A stretch of 64,000 bases of DNA, taken from assembly GCA_039680575.1 (NCBI GenBank), contig JBDKSP010000023.1, positions 1 to 64,000 on the forward strand, read 5' to 3'. Source of the stretch: Armatimonadota bacterium (GTDB lineage: Bacteria > Armatimonadota > UBA5829 > DTLH01). Shown here in pieces: positions 20,033-30,801 of this stretch. Each line of letters opens with the position of its first letter. The stretch's first letter is position 1. A model generated the notes under the pieces. The model searched no databases, had not been told where the DNA came from, and worked only from the letters and a program-made list of their open reading frames with translations. The translations under genes were made by a program, and so were the position numbers.

Positions 20033-23000
20033 TTACGGCTTGTGCCCGTCACCGTCTACGATAGCGTACTCCGGCTCAATTTCCATTCCCGGATTCGGGA
20101 TTGGAGTGTCCGGATTCTCTCTATGTCCCATCCTTCTTCTAAACGCATTCCACCAGTCGTCTACGATAGTATACGTGGTCGGAATGACCAGAAGGGTCAG
20201 CAATGTCGAGAGGATAAGCCCTCCGATAACGGCAACAGCCATAGGCGCACGCCACTCGGCGCCTTTCGCAAGCGCGAGAGCTGTTGGCGTCATACCACCG
20301 ACCATAGCCAGAGTCGTCATCATAATAGGCCTGAGCCTCGTCGGTCCGGCTTCGAGCACCGCTTCGTTTCTGGTATAGCCCCGCTCCCGGAGCGTATTCG
20401 TATAGTCGATAAGGAGAATCGCGTTCTTCGTCACGAGACCGACCAGCATGATGATACCGATCATCGTAACAATCGAGATCGTGTGCCCTGTAATCATGAG
20501 CGCCAGAAGCGCCCCGATCATAGCCTGCGGTAGGCTGAACATGATGACAAGCGGAGTGATGAACGATTCGAACAACGCTCCCATCAACATGTAGACCAGT
20601 GCAATTGCAAGGAAGAGTGCGCTGATCATATAGCCGAAGCTCTCATTCATCAACTCGCTGCTTCCGCCGATGGATATCCTGGTCGAACCGGTCGGGATCT
20701 CCTTAATGGCCTTGTTGATCTGACTCTGAACATTAGCCAGCTTGTAACCTCCCGCCGAATCGATATTGGCGCCGATGGTAATCAACCTCTGCCTGTTCTT
20801 TCGGTCGATCTTATTCGGAGCGGCAGCAAGCTTGACATCGGCCACATCACGCAGATAGACCGGTGTGCCGCCCTGGCTGCCGATAATCACGTTACTGACA
20901 TCCTCTATGCTTTCGCGCTCCGGTTTGGCGAGCTGGACACGAATGTCATATTCATCACCCTGGTCTCTGAGCTTCGCGTCGGTGTTACCGACGATCGACG
21001 TTCTGACCGCGCTCGCAACCTGCGACACGCTCATTCCATGGTCAGCAGCGCGAAGTCTGTCCACAGCGATCTGGAGTTCAGGTTTGCCCAGTTCCCAGGA
21101 GTTTTTGATATTGATTACTCCGGGGACCTTCGCCATCTTTGACTGGACCTGGTTCGCTACAAGGACCATTTCATCCATATTCGATCCGGTGATTTCCATC
21201 TGGACCGGCTGACCGCCTGCGCCAACATTGCTTGCAGCCGAGATCCTGATCGTGGCACCCGGAATGAGCGCCGTATCCTGGCTGAGCTGCGACATGAATT
21301 CATCTTGTGACATTGGCCGCTCTTTCCCCTTGTCGAGCAGCTTCACATCTATCGTAGCGTATTGGGAACCGCTGGACAGTGAAATACGGCCTCCGCCTCC
21401 CGCGCCGACAGTAGACTGATAATACTTTACACCCTTTTTCCCGGCCAGTGTCCCTTCTATCTGCCTGACCACCCGGTCCGTAGCATCCAACCCGCTTCCG
21501 GCAGGCAGTTCTACCGAGACGGTGACATTACCCCGGTCAGACTCCGGCATGAACTCTCCGCCAATCGGGAAGTGAACGAATAAAGCCAGAAGAACCATTG
21601 TTGCACCGAATACCAGAGCAACAACCTTTGTTTTAGGATTAAAGGCAGCTATCAAGAGCGGCACACCTGCTGCAATAACCGCTGTAACTATCCTGAATTT
21701 GGTCGAAACAGGCATCATTGCCAAAACAGTCAGAAGCGATATAAGTCCTATTGCGACTACCATCGCCCGGTTTTCAAGCGCCCAAGCAAGGACGCCTCGA
21801 TAACCCCTGTCGAGTTTAGCATAGAACGCTTCGACCTTATCGAATATCCGCCCTGTCCGGGTGCGGTGAGCCCGTTCTTCGGTAGCTTCCTCTTCTTCCT
21901 TCGATCTCAACCACCTGGATGCAAGCATAGGTGTCAGTGTGAACGACATGAAGAGCGAGAAAAGCGTCGCCGTCGCGATAGTTATACCGAACTGGCGGAA
22001 GAACTGGCCTACGATGCCGCCCATGAACGCAATCGGGACGAAGACTACTACATCCACGAGTGTAATCGCAATAGCGGCAAGTCCGATCTCGGACCGTCCA
22101 TTGAGCGCCGCTTCAGGCGGCGATTCGCCTTTCCTGACGTGACGTTCGATATTCTCGAGTACTACAATTGAGTCGTCTACCAGGATCCCGACGCAGAGCG
22201 AGAGCGCCAGCATCGTCATCATGTTCATAGTAAACCCGAACGAAGAAATCGGCAGGAACGTTGCAACGAGCGATGTAGGAATCGCAAATGCGACGATCAT
22301 CGTAGCTCTTCCCGAATGAAGGAACAGGAAGACGATCAGGACGACCAGAATAATACCTTCCAAAAGCGACTGGTTTACGTCATGCAGTGCGTCTTTAACG
22401 AACTCGGAATCATCGTTCGTGATTACAAGTTTCGTACCTGCAGGGAGCTGACCCTTGACCTTATTGCCTTTATCATCCGTGTAACCGTTAAAGAAGTCGA
22501 TATCCTTTTTAATGCCATCAGCAACCTCGACGACATTAGCGTCGGACTGCTTCTGGACAGACAGGATGACCGCGCTTTTGCCGTTCAGCCGAACAAACTC
22601 CTCGGGTTCCTTAACCGTATCCTGCACGGTGGCGATATCACCGAGCCTGACCGTGCCGCCTCCCGGAGCTTGGATCTTGATGTTCGCGATTTCGTTCGCA
22701 TCCTTGAACTCACCAACAGTCCTGACGGCGTAACTTCGTATCTCTTTACCGCCGGCACCTTCTTTGATCGATCCTGAAGGCAGGTTCAGGTTCTCCGCCT
22801 TCATCTCCTGGGCAACCTGGTTTATGGAAAGCCCGTAGGCCTGCAGCCGGTCTCTGTCTATTGAAACTGAGACCTCCCGCTCTTCACCGCCGTTTATGTA
22901 GACAGCCGCCGCCCCGCTGACGCTGGACAGTTTGTCCTTGATAGTCTTATCGGCAAGGATCCTAAGGTCTCTGCCGGACTTGTTGCCGCTCTCGAGAGCC

Positions 23001-23422
23001 ATCGTAATGATAGGCTGCGAGCTGATGTCCGCCTTCGTGATCGCAGGCTCTTCTATGTCGTCGGGCAGTGTACTCCTGACTGTGGACATCTTATCTCTTA
23101 CATCCGCTGCTGCCGTATCGACATCCGTGCCTAACTCGAACTCCATCAGGATAAGCGACGTGCCGTCCTGCGAGTACGATGTCATATTTTTGAGTCCCGA
23201 GGTTGAACCGACGCCATCTTCGATGGGTTTGGTGACGAGCGTCTCTATCTCCTGCGGCCCTGCGCCCGCATAAATGGTATAGATTGCCACATACGGCAGG
23301 TCTATCTTAGGCGTCAGTTCCTCAGGCATCTTTTGGCGTGCGGTAAACCCAAGGATGATGAGTGCAAGCACCACCATCAATATGAACACCGGACGCTTTA
23401 TACTTACGTTAGTTAGCCACAT
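20033..23422 (-). CDS. RND efflux permease (AcrB/AcrD/AcrF family)
   Basis: GILVDDSIVVLENI, GLVTKNAILLID, RLRPIMMTT motifs. Confidence 0.95.
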   Translation of the reverse strand: MWLTNVSIKRPVFILMVVLALIILGFTARQKMPEELTPKIDLPYVAIYTIYAGAGPQEIETLVTKPIEDGVGSTSGLKNMTSYSQDGTSLILMEFELGTDVDTAAADVRDKMSTVRSTLPDDIEEPAITKADISSQPIITMALESGNKSGRDLRILADKTIKDKLSSVSGAAAVYINGGEEREVSVSIDRDRLQAYGLSINQVAQEMKAENLNLPSGSIKEGAGGKEIRSYAVRTVGEFKDANEIANIKIQAPGGGTVRLGDIATVQDTVKEPEEFVRLNGKSAVILSVQKQSDANVVEVADGIKKDIDFFNGYTDDKGNKVKGQLPAGTKLVITNDDSEFVKDALHDVNQSLLEGIILVVLIVFLFLHSGRATMIVAFAIPTSLVATFLPISSFGFTMNMMTMLALSLCVGILVDDSIVVLENIERHVRKGESPPEAALNGRSEIGLAAIAITLVDVVVFVPIAFMGGIVGQFFRQFGITIATATLFSLFMSFTLTPMLASRWLRSKEEEEATEERAHRTRTGRIFDKVEAFYAKLDRGYRGVLAWALENRAMVVAIGLISLLTVLAMMPVSTKFRIVTAVIAAGVPLLIAAFNPKTKVVALVFGATMVLLALFVHFPIGGEFMPESDRGNVTVSVELPAGSGLDATDRVVRQIEGTLAGKKGVKYYQSTVGAGGGGRISLSSGSQYATIDVKLLDKGKERPMSQDEFMSQLSQDTALIPGATIRISAASNVGAGGQPVQMEITGSNMDEMVLVANQVQSKMAKVPGVINIKNSWELGKPELQIAVDRLRAADHGMSVSQVASAVRTSIVGNTDAKLRDQGDEYDIRVQLAKPERESIEDVSNVIIGSQGGTPVYLRDVADVKLAAAPNKIDRKNRQRLITIGANIDSAGGYKLANVQSQINKAIKEIPTGSTRISIGGSSELMNESFGYMISALFLAIALVYMLMGALFESFITPLVIMFSLPQAMIGALLALMITGHTISIVTMIGIIMLVGLVTKNAILLIDYTNTLRERGYTRNEAVLEAGPTRLRPIMMTTLAMVGGMTPTALALAKGAEWRAPMAVAVIGGLILSTLLTLLVIPTTYTIVDDWWNAFRRRMGHRENPDTPIPNPGMEIEPEYAIVDGDGHKP

Positions 23423-23472
23423 ATAATTATCTCCAATGGGATAGATGGGGAATTGAGATCAGTTATCATTCC

Positions 23473-24933
23473 CTATTTCTGTCCCTGGGCTTCTACCTTG
23501 GCTCCATCCTGCAGGTTTTCATGTCCTGCTGTAATGACTACATCTCCGGCGCTTATATCGCTCGGCGGAACTGCCTCGACGAACTGCGAGTTAGACAATC
23601 CCTTTACAATCGTATGCATCTTGGCTGTATTGCCCTTAAGCGTAAAGACTACTGTCTTACCATCGCGCTCCTCGATAGCATCCTGAGGAATGAGAACTAC
23701 ATTCGTATTGGCGCTGGTAACGATCGACCCACGGCCGAACATGCCCGGTTTCAGCTTCGAACCCGGATTAGGAATGCTCACTCTTACACTGAAGTTCCTA
23801 GTAGTTGTCGATGCAGTCGGGTATATCTTATGAACCTTGCCTATGAATGTCTCATTCTGATAAGCATCGACTGATACACCAACAGCCTGTCCCGGCTTTA
23901 CCTTAGCAAGCACAGTCTCGGAAACATCAGCCTGCAGATAGACAATTTTCACGTTAACGACCTCCATCAAGGGCACACCCACGGTTGCGGTCTGTCCCGG
24001 CTCGGTCATACGCTTGGATACATAACCATCTATAGATGATCTTATGGACGTATTCTTAACCTGCTCTTTGGCAATGGCGATCTGTGCCTCAGCCTGAGAT
24101 ACACCGGCCTGAGCATTTTTTATATCCTCACGGCGAATGAGCGTCTGTCCCGCATTGGCTTTGGCTGCTCTAAGAGCCTCTCTTGCCTGCGTCACCTGTG
24201 TTTCGGCTGCCCGCACATCTTCCCTACGCGCGCCTTCTTCTACCAATGACAGGTTCTCTTTTGCCGAGTTATACTGCGCGAGCGCTACATCATACTGCGT
24301 CTGGTATACATCGAGCTGTGCCTGCGCGACAGCGCCCTGCGCGAACAATTGCTTATAGCGCTTGAGGTTGGCCTGAGCGTTGTTCAGGTTAGCTTTGGCT
24401 GTCGCAACCTGGTTTTCCGCGATCATGCGCTCCTGCGAGCGAGCGCCCTTCCGAATTTTCTGCAGGTTCGCTTGGGCAGCCACAAGAGCTGCTTTGGCCT
24501 GCTGTATAGCCGAGTTCGACTGCACATCCGTGACTGTCGCCGTAGTCCTGGCCTGGGAAAGCCCTGCATGCGCAGCCTCAAGCCCTGCCAGGGCTTGTCT
24601 TAGGGCTGCCTGTGCGTCAGTCGGATCGAGCTGGACCATCACCTGCCCTTTTCGCACGAAATCACCTTCCCGCGCTGCTACATAGACTACCTTGCCCATG
24701 ATCTTTGGCGAAAGGGTCGTCGTATCGAGTGCGGTGATCGTTCCCGTAACCGGGACCGTATCTTCAATATTGCCCACTTGTACAACCGATGTATCTACGG
24801 GCAATCCTACTTCTTTTTGAATCTGTTCAGCCGACTTTACCAGTTTCCTCGTACTGCGGATCCTGGACGCCGTGAAAAGCCCGGCCAGAACGGCTAGTAT
24901 AGCTATAATTGCTATTATTCTATTGCGACTCAT
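23473..24933 (-). CDS. RND periplasmic adaptor (MFP) with a long coiled coil
   Basis: N-terminal TM, lipoyl halves, long A/Q-rich hairpin, LKPGMF. Confidence 0.9.
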   Translation of the reverse strand: MSRNRIIAIIAILAVLAGLFTASRIRSTRKLVKSAEQIQKEVGLPVDTSVVQVGNIEDTVPVTGTITALDTTTLSPKIMGKVVYVAAREGDFVRKGQVMVQLDPTDAQAALRQALAGLEAAHAGLSQARTTATVTDVQSNSAIQQAKAALVAAQANLQKIRKGARSQERMIAENQVATAKANLNNAQANLKRYKQLFAQGAVAQAQLDVYQTQYDVALAQYNSAKENLSLVEEGARREDVRAAETQVTQAREALRAAKANAGQTLIRREDIKNAQAGVSQAEAQIAIAKEQVKNTSIRSSIDGYVSKRMTEPGQTATVGVPLMEVVNVKIVYLQADVSETVLAKVKPGQAVGVSVDAYQNETFIGKVHKIYPTASTTTRNFSVRVSIPNPGSKLKPGMFGRGSIVTSANTNVVLIPQDAIEERDGKTVVFTLKGNTAKMHTIVKGLSNSQFVEAVPPSDISAGDVVITAGHENLQDGAKVEAQGQK

Positions 24934-26327
24934 TTATTTACTCCTTGAGGAACAGTCCCACTCGTGGTCGAACCTGTTGTCGGACCTGTGGTCGGCATTA
25001 TTGTCGAAGCCGGCGGCACAATCTGTGCATACTCAGGCTGCGACGCCGTAGCGCGCTGCAACTGTGTAACTGCGTTCAGGTAATCATAGCGCGCTCTGAC
25101 GAAATTGGTCCGCGCTTGAGTCAGTGCGGATTCGGCATTCGTCACCTCGACAAATGGCGTTACCCCTTCCTGGTATCTGAGCCTCGAAAGCCTTAAGCTC
25201 TCTTCAGCCAGGGCTACATTGGACTGAGCGGTCTGAACTCGTCTCGACGACTCCATTACATTGGTCGCCGAAGTCCGAACTTCCTGCCCCACAACCAGAG
25301 AGGTCTGTTCCAAACTTTTTCTTGCTATCTCAACATCGTTTTTAGCCTCATCGACTCTTGCGCGGGTTGCCCCTCCGGTCCAGATCGGCCAGCTAACGGA
25401 AGCTCCGAATGTATATGTCGTATTGTTCGGGTTTATCGTAGATGTTTCACTCGACCAATCAGAAGTCGCAAAGAGCGCAAGAGCCGGATCATCCTCCGTC
25501 CGTGTGTAGCGCACGGTCTGCTCCGCGAGCTTCAAACTCGTCTCTGCCTGGCGCACCTCGGGACGCACGGACATGGCCTGGCGGATCGTCGCGTCTATAT
25601 CTATCGTTACAGGAGCAACAGACACAACCTGTTCCTCCAGCCTGAACGGACGGTTTATATCTACGCCTATGACTCTGTTCAATAACGCCATGGCTATCTG
25701 AACATTGCCTTCCGCCTGCAAGAGGTCCTGCTGCAGGTTGGCAACATTGACTTCAGCGCTTGTGACATCGAATCTCGCCACTACACCCGCTTCGAACTGC
25801 GCGCGGGCGATCCTGAGGTTCTCCTCAGCCGCCGCAATGGCTGCATTGGTCGTATCGACCGTTCCCTGCGTCCTGAGGACTGTATAATAGGAATTTTTGA
25901 CATCCGCTATCAACTGCTGCAGAGTCTGCACCTCTCCGAATTCCTGCACATTTATCTGGAGAGAGGCGAGCCCCTTCCCGAGAGCGATCCTCCCGTTAGC
26001 ATCCACCGGCTGACTGACGGTTGCAGTTGCCGTAGTCTGACTCGACGGAGTCAACACCGAAGACGGGGTTATCCACACCGGCCCTGCTTCCAGATTCACT
26101 TTGACCCGGCCCGCTGCTTTGGCTTCATCCAACTGGTTTTCCGCCCGGTTTACACGTTCGCGAGCGATTGCCAGCCCAGGATTACTCTGGATGGCGATGA
26201 CCATCGCATCATCGAGCGTCAAAACAGGCGGCTGATCGGGAGCAACCGGCGTCGGCGCTTGACCAAAGACCGGTGCTGCCAGTGCGGCGACCACTATCAA
26301 ACTGACCATTGAGATACCGTATCGCAC
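24930..26327 (-). CDS. TolC family outer membrane factor
   Basis: LTLDDAM..A...NP, duplicated OEP repeats (RY.EG....EV..AE). Confidence 0.9.
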   Translation of the reverse strand: MRYGISMVSLIVVAALAAPVFGQAPTPVAPDQPPVLTLDDAMVIAIQSNPGLAIARERVNRAENQLDEAKAAGRVKVNLEAGPVWITPSSVLTPSSQTTATATVSQPVDANGRIALGKGLASLQINVQEFGEVQTLQQLIADVKNSYYTVLRTQGTVDTTNAAIAAAEENLRIARAQFEAGVVARFDVTSAEVNVANLQQDLLQAEGNVQIAMALLNRVIGVDINRPFRLEEQVVSVAPVTIDIDATIRQAMSVRPEVRQAETSLKLAEQTVRYTRTEDDPALALFATSDWSSETSTINPNNTTYTFGASVSWPIWTGGATRARVDEAKNDVEIARKSLEQTSLVVGQEVRTSATNVMESSRRVQTAQSNVALAEESLRLSRLRYQEGVTPFVEVTNAESALTQARTNFVRARYDYLNAVTQLQRATASQPEYAQIVPPASTIMPTTGPTTGSTTSGTVPQGVNK

Positions 26328-26392
26328 TTCTTAAGCCTCCAATATGAGGGATTGGGAGTTTGAGCTTCAAACGAGCTTTCCAGGCTCCAATC

Positions 26393-27091
26393 CTACTTCA
26401 CACTGCCTTTCTTCTCTACAAATACCTTATCAGGTATGCCTTTGTTGATCTTGTAGTTACTGAACTTTACCTCAGCCGTGCCGCTTCCGGCTGCCTGAGG
26501 CACTTCTCTTCCTTTGTGATGGCCGGGTTTCCGGCCCGACTCCATGCCGTTCATATCGATCTTGATCCGGGACGGCAGCCAATATTTACCGTCCACCTTT
26601 TTATAGCTCCAACTCGATGTCATCTTCATCCCGCTGGCTTCGGTCAGTGTCTTAAGTATCAACCCACGCCGCTTTTCGACATAGAGCTTCATAGAGCCGC
26701 CGGCCCGCGTCGTTTTTGGCTTGAGTTTCAGCACATGCACCGGCTCTTTGCCTATTTTGTCAGCGCAGTCATAGACTGCCGTAAAATTCTTCCTGATCTC
26801 CGCTACCGGGTTCCCGGCAAAGGTCTTCGGCAGCACCGCAAAGCCTTCTTTTGCCGCAACTTTCACCTTATCCGGCTTTTTATAGTAAACAGTCGCCTTA
26901 TTATTGGAAATGTGGACCTCTTGGCTCTTTACCGATACCGTCATATCGACTCTGTAGTCGTTTATACTGCTGTAGTTCTTCTGGACCGCGTCTAGCACAT
27001 CGGATGCCTTCGGACGCCCGGGCGCAGCTACCGCCACCGCGGTAATGAGCAGTGCAACAACTAACGAATCGGTAATTCTGACAGTTTTCAT
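26393..27091 (-). CDS. LolA-like / outer membrane lipoprotein-sorting family protein
   Basis: Signal peptide; YKKPDKVK, HVLKLKPK, FSNYKINKGIPDKVF. Confidence 0.7.
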   Translation of the reverse strand: MKTVRITDSLVVALLITAVAVAAPGRPKASDVLDAVQKNYSSINDYRVDMTVSVKSQEVHISNNKATVYYKKPDKVKVAAKEGFAVLPKTFAGNPVAEIRKNFTAVYDCADKIGKEPVHVLKLKPKTTRAGGSMKLYVEKRRGLILKTLTEASGMKMTSSWSYKKVDGKYWLPSRIKIDMNGMESGRKPGHHKGREVPQAAGSGTAEVKFSNYKINKGIPDKVFVEKKGSVK

Positions 27092-27933
27092 GAGAGCACA
27101 TCCTTCCGGCGAAAGATCAAAAAGCCTGCTCCGGCAAATGCTGCCGAGTATGTGAGCAGTATCAGGGCATATTTTCCGATCTCAAGCCATGGAATCTCAT
27201 CTATAAAGAACCCTTCGAACGCCCCCATATAAGTCGTAAACAGATACGGCTCTATCGGGTCGAAATATCCAATCACTCCGACAAGCCTCAGGACAATATA
27301 CACGATCATCGCTCCGCCTATCGCGCCGAGCGAGTTCGTCACAAGAGTCGATATAAAGAACGCTATACTTCCGACTGTAAGGACCGCAAGAGCTGCGAAT
27401 GCGTAAGCCAAAAGCATCCTCACCAGCCCCTCGCCTTCACTGTATACAAAGACTCCTTGAGCTTCAAAGAGCCCTCCCCACTGAAATGTCATAAGCGCTC
27501 CGCGCCCGAGGAATACTGCGCCTACCACATAGGAAGCGAGCCCTAAAAAGAGCGTAAGCGCTGCCGTATAAATAACCGCTGTCATAAGTTTCGCCGAGTA
27601 CAGCCGTCCCCGGCTGATGGGACGGGAAAGCATCGACTTGAGTGTCCCTTCAGCCGCTTCGCCTGAGATCAGGTCTCCTACCACCACACATACGAAAAGC
27701 GGTAGGAAAAACTCTATCATAAACCTGAGTAAAAACCAGGCGACGAGCCCGCCGTTCAGCACACTTCCAACGGTAACAAACCCCGGAGGAGCAGTCATCT
27801 CCTGAAAGGGCGGTGGACCGTTTTTGAACCCAAGCGTCACAAGCCCTGTTATCCCCAGGAGCGCCGCGAACCCGATATAACTCCTGCTGCGACGTGTGAG
27901 CTTAAAAAGCTCAAGCCTGATCTGCTTCAACAT
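27088..27933 (-). CDS. ABC-2 type transporter permease
   Basis: GDLISGEAAEGTLKSMLSRPISR, C-terminal FRRKDVLS. Confidence 0.88.
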   Translation of the reverse strand: MLKQIRLELFKLTRRSRSYIGFAALLGITGLVTLGFKNGPPPFQEMTAPPGFVTVGSVLNGGLVAWFLLRFMIEFFLPLFVCVVVGDLISGEAAEGTLKSMLSRPISRGRLYSAKLMTAVIYTAALTLFLGLASYVVGAVFLGRGALMTFQWGGLFEAQGVFVYSEGEGLVRMLLAYAFAALAVLTVGSIAFFISTLVTNSLGAIGGAMIVYIVLRLVGVIGYFDPIEPYLFTTYMGAFEGFFIDEIPWLEIGKYALILLTYSAAFAGAGFLIFRRKDVLS

Positions 27934-28837
27934 CACAAGCCCCCATCAGCGAGAAATAGAACTCCTCAAGCGACGTACTCACCGGAATAACTGCACTTAC
28001 ATCGAACCCTGCCGTCACGAGCCGCCTGTTAATCTCGGATGCACATCCATCCTGTACGCCTACGACTATCCAGCCCGGTCCGACTTCATCGACCTTCGCA
28101 AAACCCGATCCATCTACCACTGCGGCTGCCTCCGAAGGCTTGTTCACCGTAATCCTGAGCCTTCCTTTGCCGGATAAAAGCTCCGGCACGCTCCCGGAGG
28201 CCACTTTTTTGCCCTTATGAATAACCGCAACCTTAGTACAGACCTGCTCCACTTCATGGAGCAGATGACTCGACAGAAAAATGGTCATTCCGTAGTCTTT
28301 CGACAGCTTCTTTATAAGCTCCCGGACTTCTTTCATCCCCTGAGGGTCCAGCCCGTTCGTCGGTTCATCCAATATGACAAGCTCAGGGCTTCCGACAATC
28401 GCCTGAGCGATCCCCAGACGCTGCTTCATCCCATGTGAGAACGACCTGACCCTATCATCAGACCTATCGAGCAGGCCAGTCTGTTCCAGAGCTTTGTCTA
28501 TTTCTTGGCGGTTTATGCCGCCGGTCATCTCCGAAAGCACCCGGATGTTCTGGCGGGCGGTAAGATTCTTGTACAGCCCGGGGCTCTCGACGAGCGCGCC
28601 GACCTTCAAGAGCGCACGCGTCCGGTTCCTCCAGGTGTCATTTCCAAGCACCCGCACCGATCCGTTTGACGGCTTTATAAGCCCGAGCATCATGCGAATA
28701 GTCGTGCTCTTCCCTGCGCCGTTCGGCCCAAGGAACCCGAACACATCCCCGCGCTCGACCACAAGGTCCAGCCTGTCTACCGCAGAAAACGCACCGAACC
28801 GCTTCTCAAGGCCGCAAGCCTCGACAACGATCTCCAT
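27911..28837 (-). CDS. ABC transporter ATP-binding protein (BcrA-like)
   Basis: GPNGAGKST, FSHGMKQR, LDEPTNGLD, SSH. Confidence 0.93.
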   Translation of the reverse strand: MEIVVEACGLEKRFGAFSAVDRLDLVVERGDVFGFLGPNGAGKSTTIRMMLGLIKPSNGSVRVLGNDTWRNRTRALLKVGALVESPGLYKNLTARQNIRVLSEMTGGINRQEIDKALEQTGLLDRSDDRVRSFSHGMKQRLGIAQAIVGSPELVILDEPTNGLDPQGMKEVRELIKKLSKDYGMTIFLSSHLLHEVEQVCTKVAVIHKGKKVASGSVPELLSGKGRLRITVNKPSEAAAVVDGSGFAKVDEVGPGWIVVGVQDGCASEINRRLVTAGFDVSAVIPVSTSLEEFYFSLMGACDVEADQA

Positions 28838-28881
28838 AGCGATGGTTGACCTCGTTTATTAATTTAAAAATCGCCAGTTAC

Positions 28882-29154
28882 TTATTTATCAGGTAAAACG
28901 CCATCATGGCTGTCTAGTTCCAGCGTTCTTTCCCAGCCTTGAAGGCTCTCCTGGAATGTAGTCAAAACCTCCCGCATCGAATCTATTTTCGCAAGCACAA
29001 GCGCATTTCCGTATGGGTGTCCCATCACCAGGAGCTTGTCACCTGGGCTGATACCCATCTTCTTTCTTGCCTCAGCAGGAATGACGACCTGCCCTCTCTC
29101 CCCAACAGTTACGGAGCCGAAAAAATGCTCTTCAACTGAGCATTTGTTTTCCAT
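28882..29154 (-). CDS. AbrB/MazE/SpoVT family DNA-binding protein
   Basis: GSVTVGERGQVVIPAEARKKMGISPGDKL. Confidence 0.88.
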   Translation of the reverse strand: MENKCSVEEHFFGSVTVGERGQVVIPAEARKKMGISPGDKLLVMGHPYGNALVLAKIDSMREVLTTFQESLQGWERTLELDSHDGVLPDK

Positions 29155-29270
29155 GTTCAGCTCGCTCCCCTCTCTAAGACGATTCATCATGAACCGGTTA
29201 AAGCTCTTTCCAGTCTACGGGTTAACAACCAAACCTGCTGTAAACCGCTGAAAATTACTTTATTGCGCAT

Positions 29271-29331
29271 ATATCATACATTTCATACATTGCACACTAA
29301 GCATTCTATACGAATAAAGCAGGCATGTCAA
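29271..29331 (-). promoter_or_regulatory. Sigma70-type promoter with TCATACA direct repeats near the start site
   Basis: Minus strand TTGACA (29326-29331)-17 nt-TAGAAT (29303-29308); tandem TCATACAT repeats at 29274-29290. Confidence 0.65.
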
Positions 29332-29570
29332 GGTCGCGTAAGCTTTATTGTTAAGCTTTATCTGGCAAGCAGGCAGTCAACAGCAGGTTTCCGTAGGGGA
29401 CATCACTTTCTATGGCTGGTTTCTCTGCGGAAAGCAGGTTCATTGGCAGTGTGAAATGGGGAGACTGCTGCCAGCCTCCCCTGATGTATATTCCGAAGTC
29501 TATTCGTCGTAAAGTACCCTGAATAATACCCGTCAGTCCGTTACTCACGCTCCTCGTGAAGAGCGCTCTC

Positions 29571-30494
29571 CTAATGGAACCCTATGCGCTTGTCGCTGCT
29601 GCTGCAGAGCTCGACGGCGATCTTCGCGGCTATCCGGGCGTTGTTGATGAGAAGCGCGACATTCGCGTCGACCGCTTTCTCTCCGTAGCTCTCCTGAATC
29701 TTTGCAAGGAGCCATGGAGTCAACGCCGGGCCGGAAATCCCTTTCTCTTTCGCCGATTTTACCGCCTGGTCTATCGGTTCCTGCACATCTATGGCGTCTT
29801 TCTCCGGGATAGGCACGGCTATTACCATCCCGCTCTTCTGCCCGACCCCAAGTCTTGTCGTGTAGAGCGCCAAAACATCCTTGGGAGCGTCCAGTCTCGG
29901 CACCTTAAGTCCCGAATGAGGGCTGTAGAACGCAGGCAGTTCATCGGTCTCGTAACCGTAGACCGGGACCTGGTGTGTCTCCAGCCATTCGAGCGTCAAA
30001 CCGAGGTCCAGCACGGCTTTCGGACCGGAACAGACGACTACGGAGGGCGTTTTGACGAGTTCCCACAGGTCGGCGGAGATGTCCCAGCTCTCGGATACCC
30101 CGCGATGGACCCCGCCGATCCCGCCTGTAGCCATAATGAGGATCCCTGCGTTTGCGGCGATATAGGCCGTAGCCGCGACTGTGGTTGCCCCGTCGCGTTT
30201 GGCGACAATCGCCGAGGCAATCTCCCTCGTCGAGACCTTCAGGGCATCGCCGGAGTGTGCAAACCGTACGATCTCCTCTTCAGAAAGCCCGATTTTGACC
30301 TTGCCTTTCACTATGCCTATCACGGCGGCCACACAGCCTTCTTTGTCCGCTTCACGGATCATCGAAAGCGCTGCCTTGACGCCTGCGTTACCCGGCAGCC
30401 CGTGCGCTATGACTGTCGATTCGAGCGCGATCACCGGCGCGTTCCGGTTAAGCGCCGCTTTTACGTTTTGTGATATCTCAAAAGGTTCTTTCAT
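29571..30494 (-). CDS. psuG: Pseudouridine-5'-phosphate glycosidase
   Basis: ALESTVIAHGLP, GATTVAAT, TGGIGGVHRG, DISADL, GPKAVLD. Confidence 0.92.
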   Translation of the reverse strand: MKEPFEISQNVKAALNRNAPVIALESTVIAHGLPGNAGVKAALSMIREADKEGCVAAVIGIVKGKVKIGLSEEEIVRFAHSGDALKVSTREIASAIVAKRDGATTVAATAYIAANAGILIMATGGIGGVHRGVSESWDISADLWELVKTPSVVVCSGPKAVLDLGLTLEWLETHQVPVYGYETDELPAFYSPHSGLKVPRLDAPKDVLALYTTRLGVGQKSGMVIAVPIPEKDAIDVQEPIDQAVKSAKEKGISGPALTPWLLAKIQESYGEKAVDANVALLINNARIAAKIAVELCSSSDKRIGFH

Positions 30495-30573
30495 AATGAT
30501 GCCTTTCCTTCACTTGTACTGCCGGAAACCACTTCTGCCGAAAACACCCCAATTCCTCCAGCAGATGATGGCA

Positions 30574-30801
30574 AGAGTTCACTCTTAATGAGAGATTGCA
30601 CATCAACAATAACCAACACGTCATCATGGAAGCACGTCACTCTGAACTAAGGAGTTTCAGGTAATACCTGAAACTCTCCCCGGAAGATTTTCGGCTATGG
30701 CCGAAAATCCATAGATTCAGGGTCCATTTTCTTCCTGGATGCTGAGTCAAGCTCAGCATGACGTTGTGATAATTCAGTATGATGTTGTACTCATCAACTC
30801 T
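30574..30801. mobile_element. Composite miniature element: AGAGTT...AACTCT ends, a REP pair and a nested mini family A insert
   Basis: About 170 bp nearly identical to 46373-46542 (7 mismatches by eye). Confidence 0.8.

Noticed and set aside
30574..30801. Possible CRISPR array from the repeated palindromes
   Set aside because: Repeats are dispersed and nested, not regularly spaced with unique spacers; no cas genes
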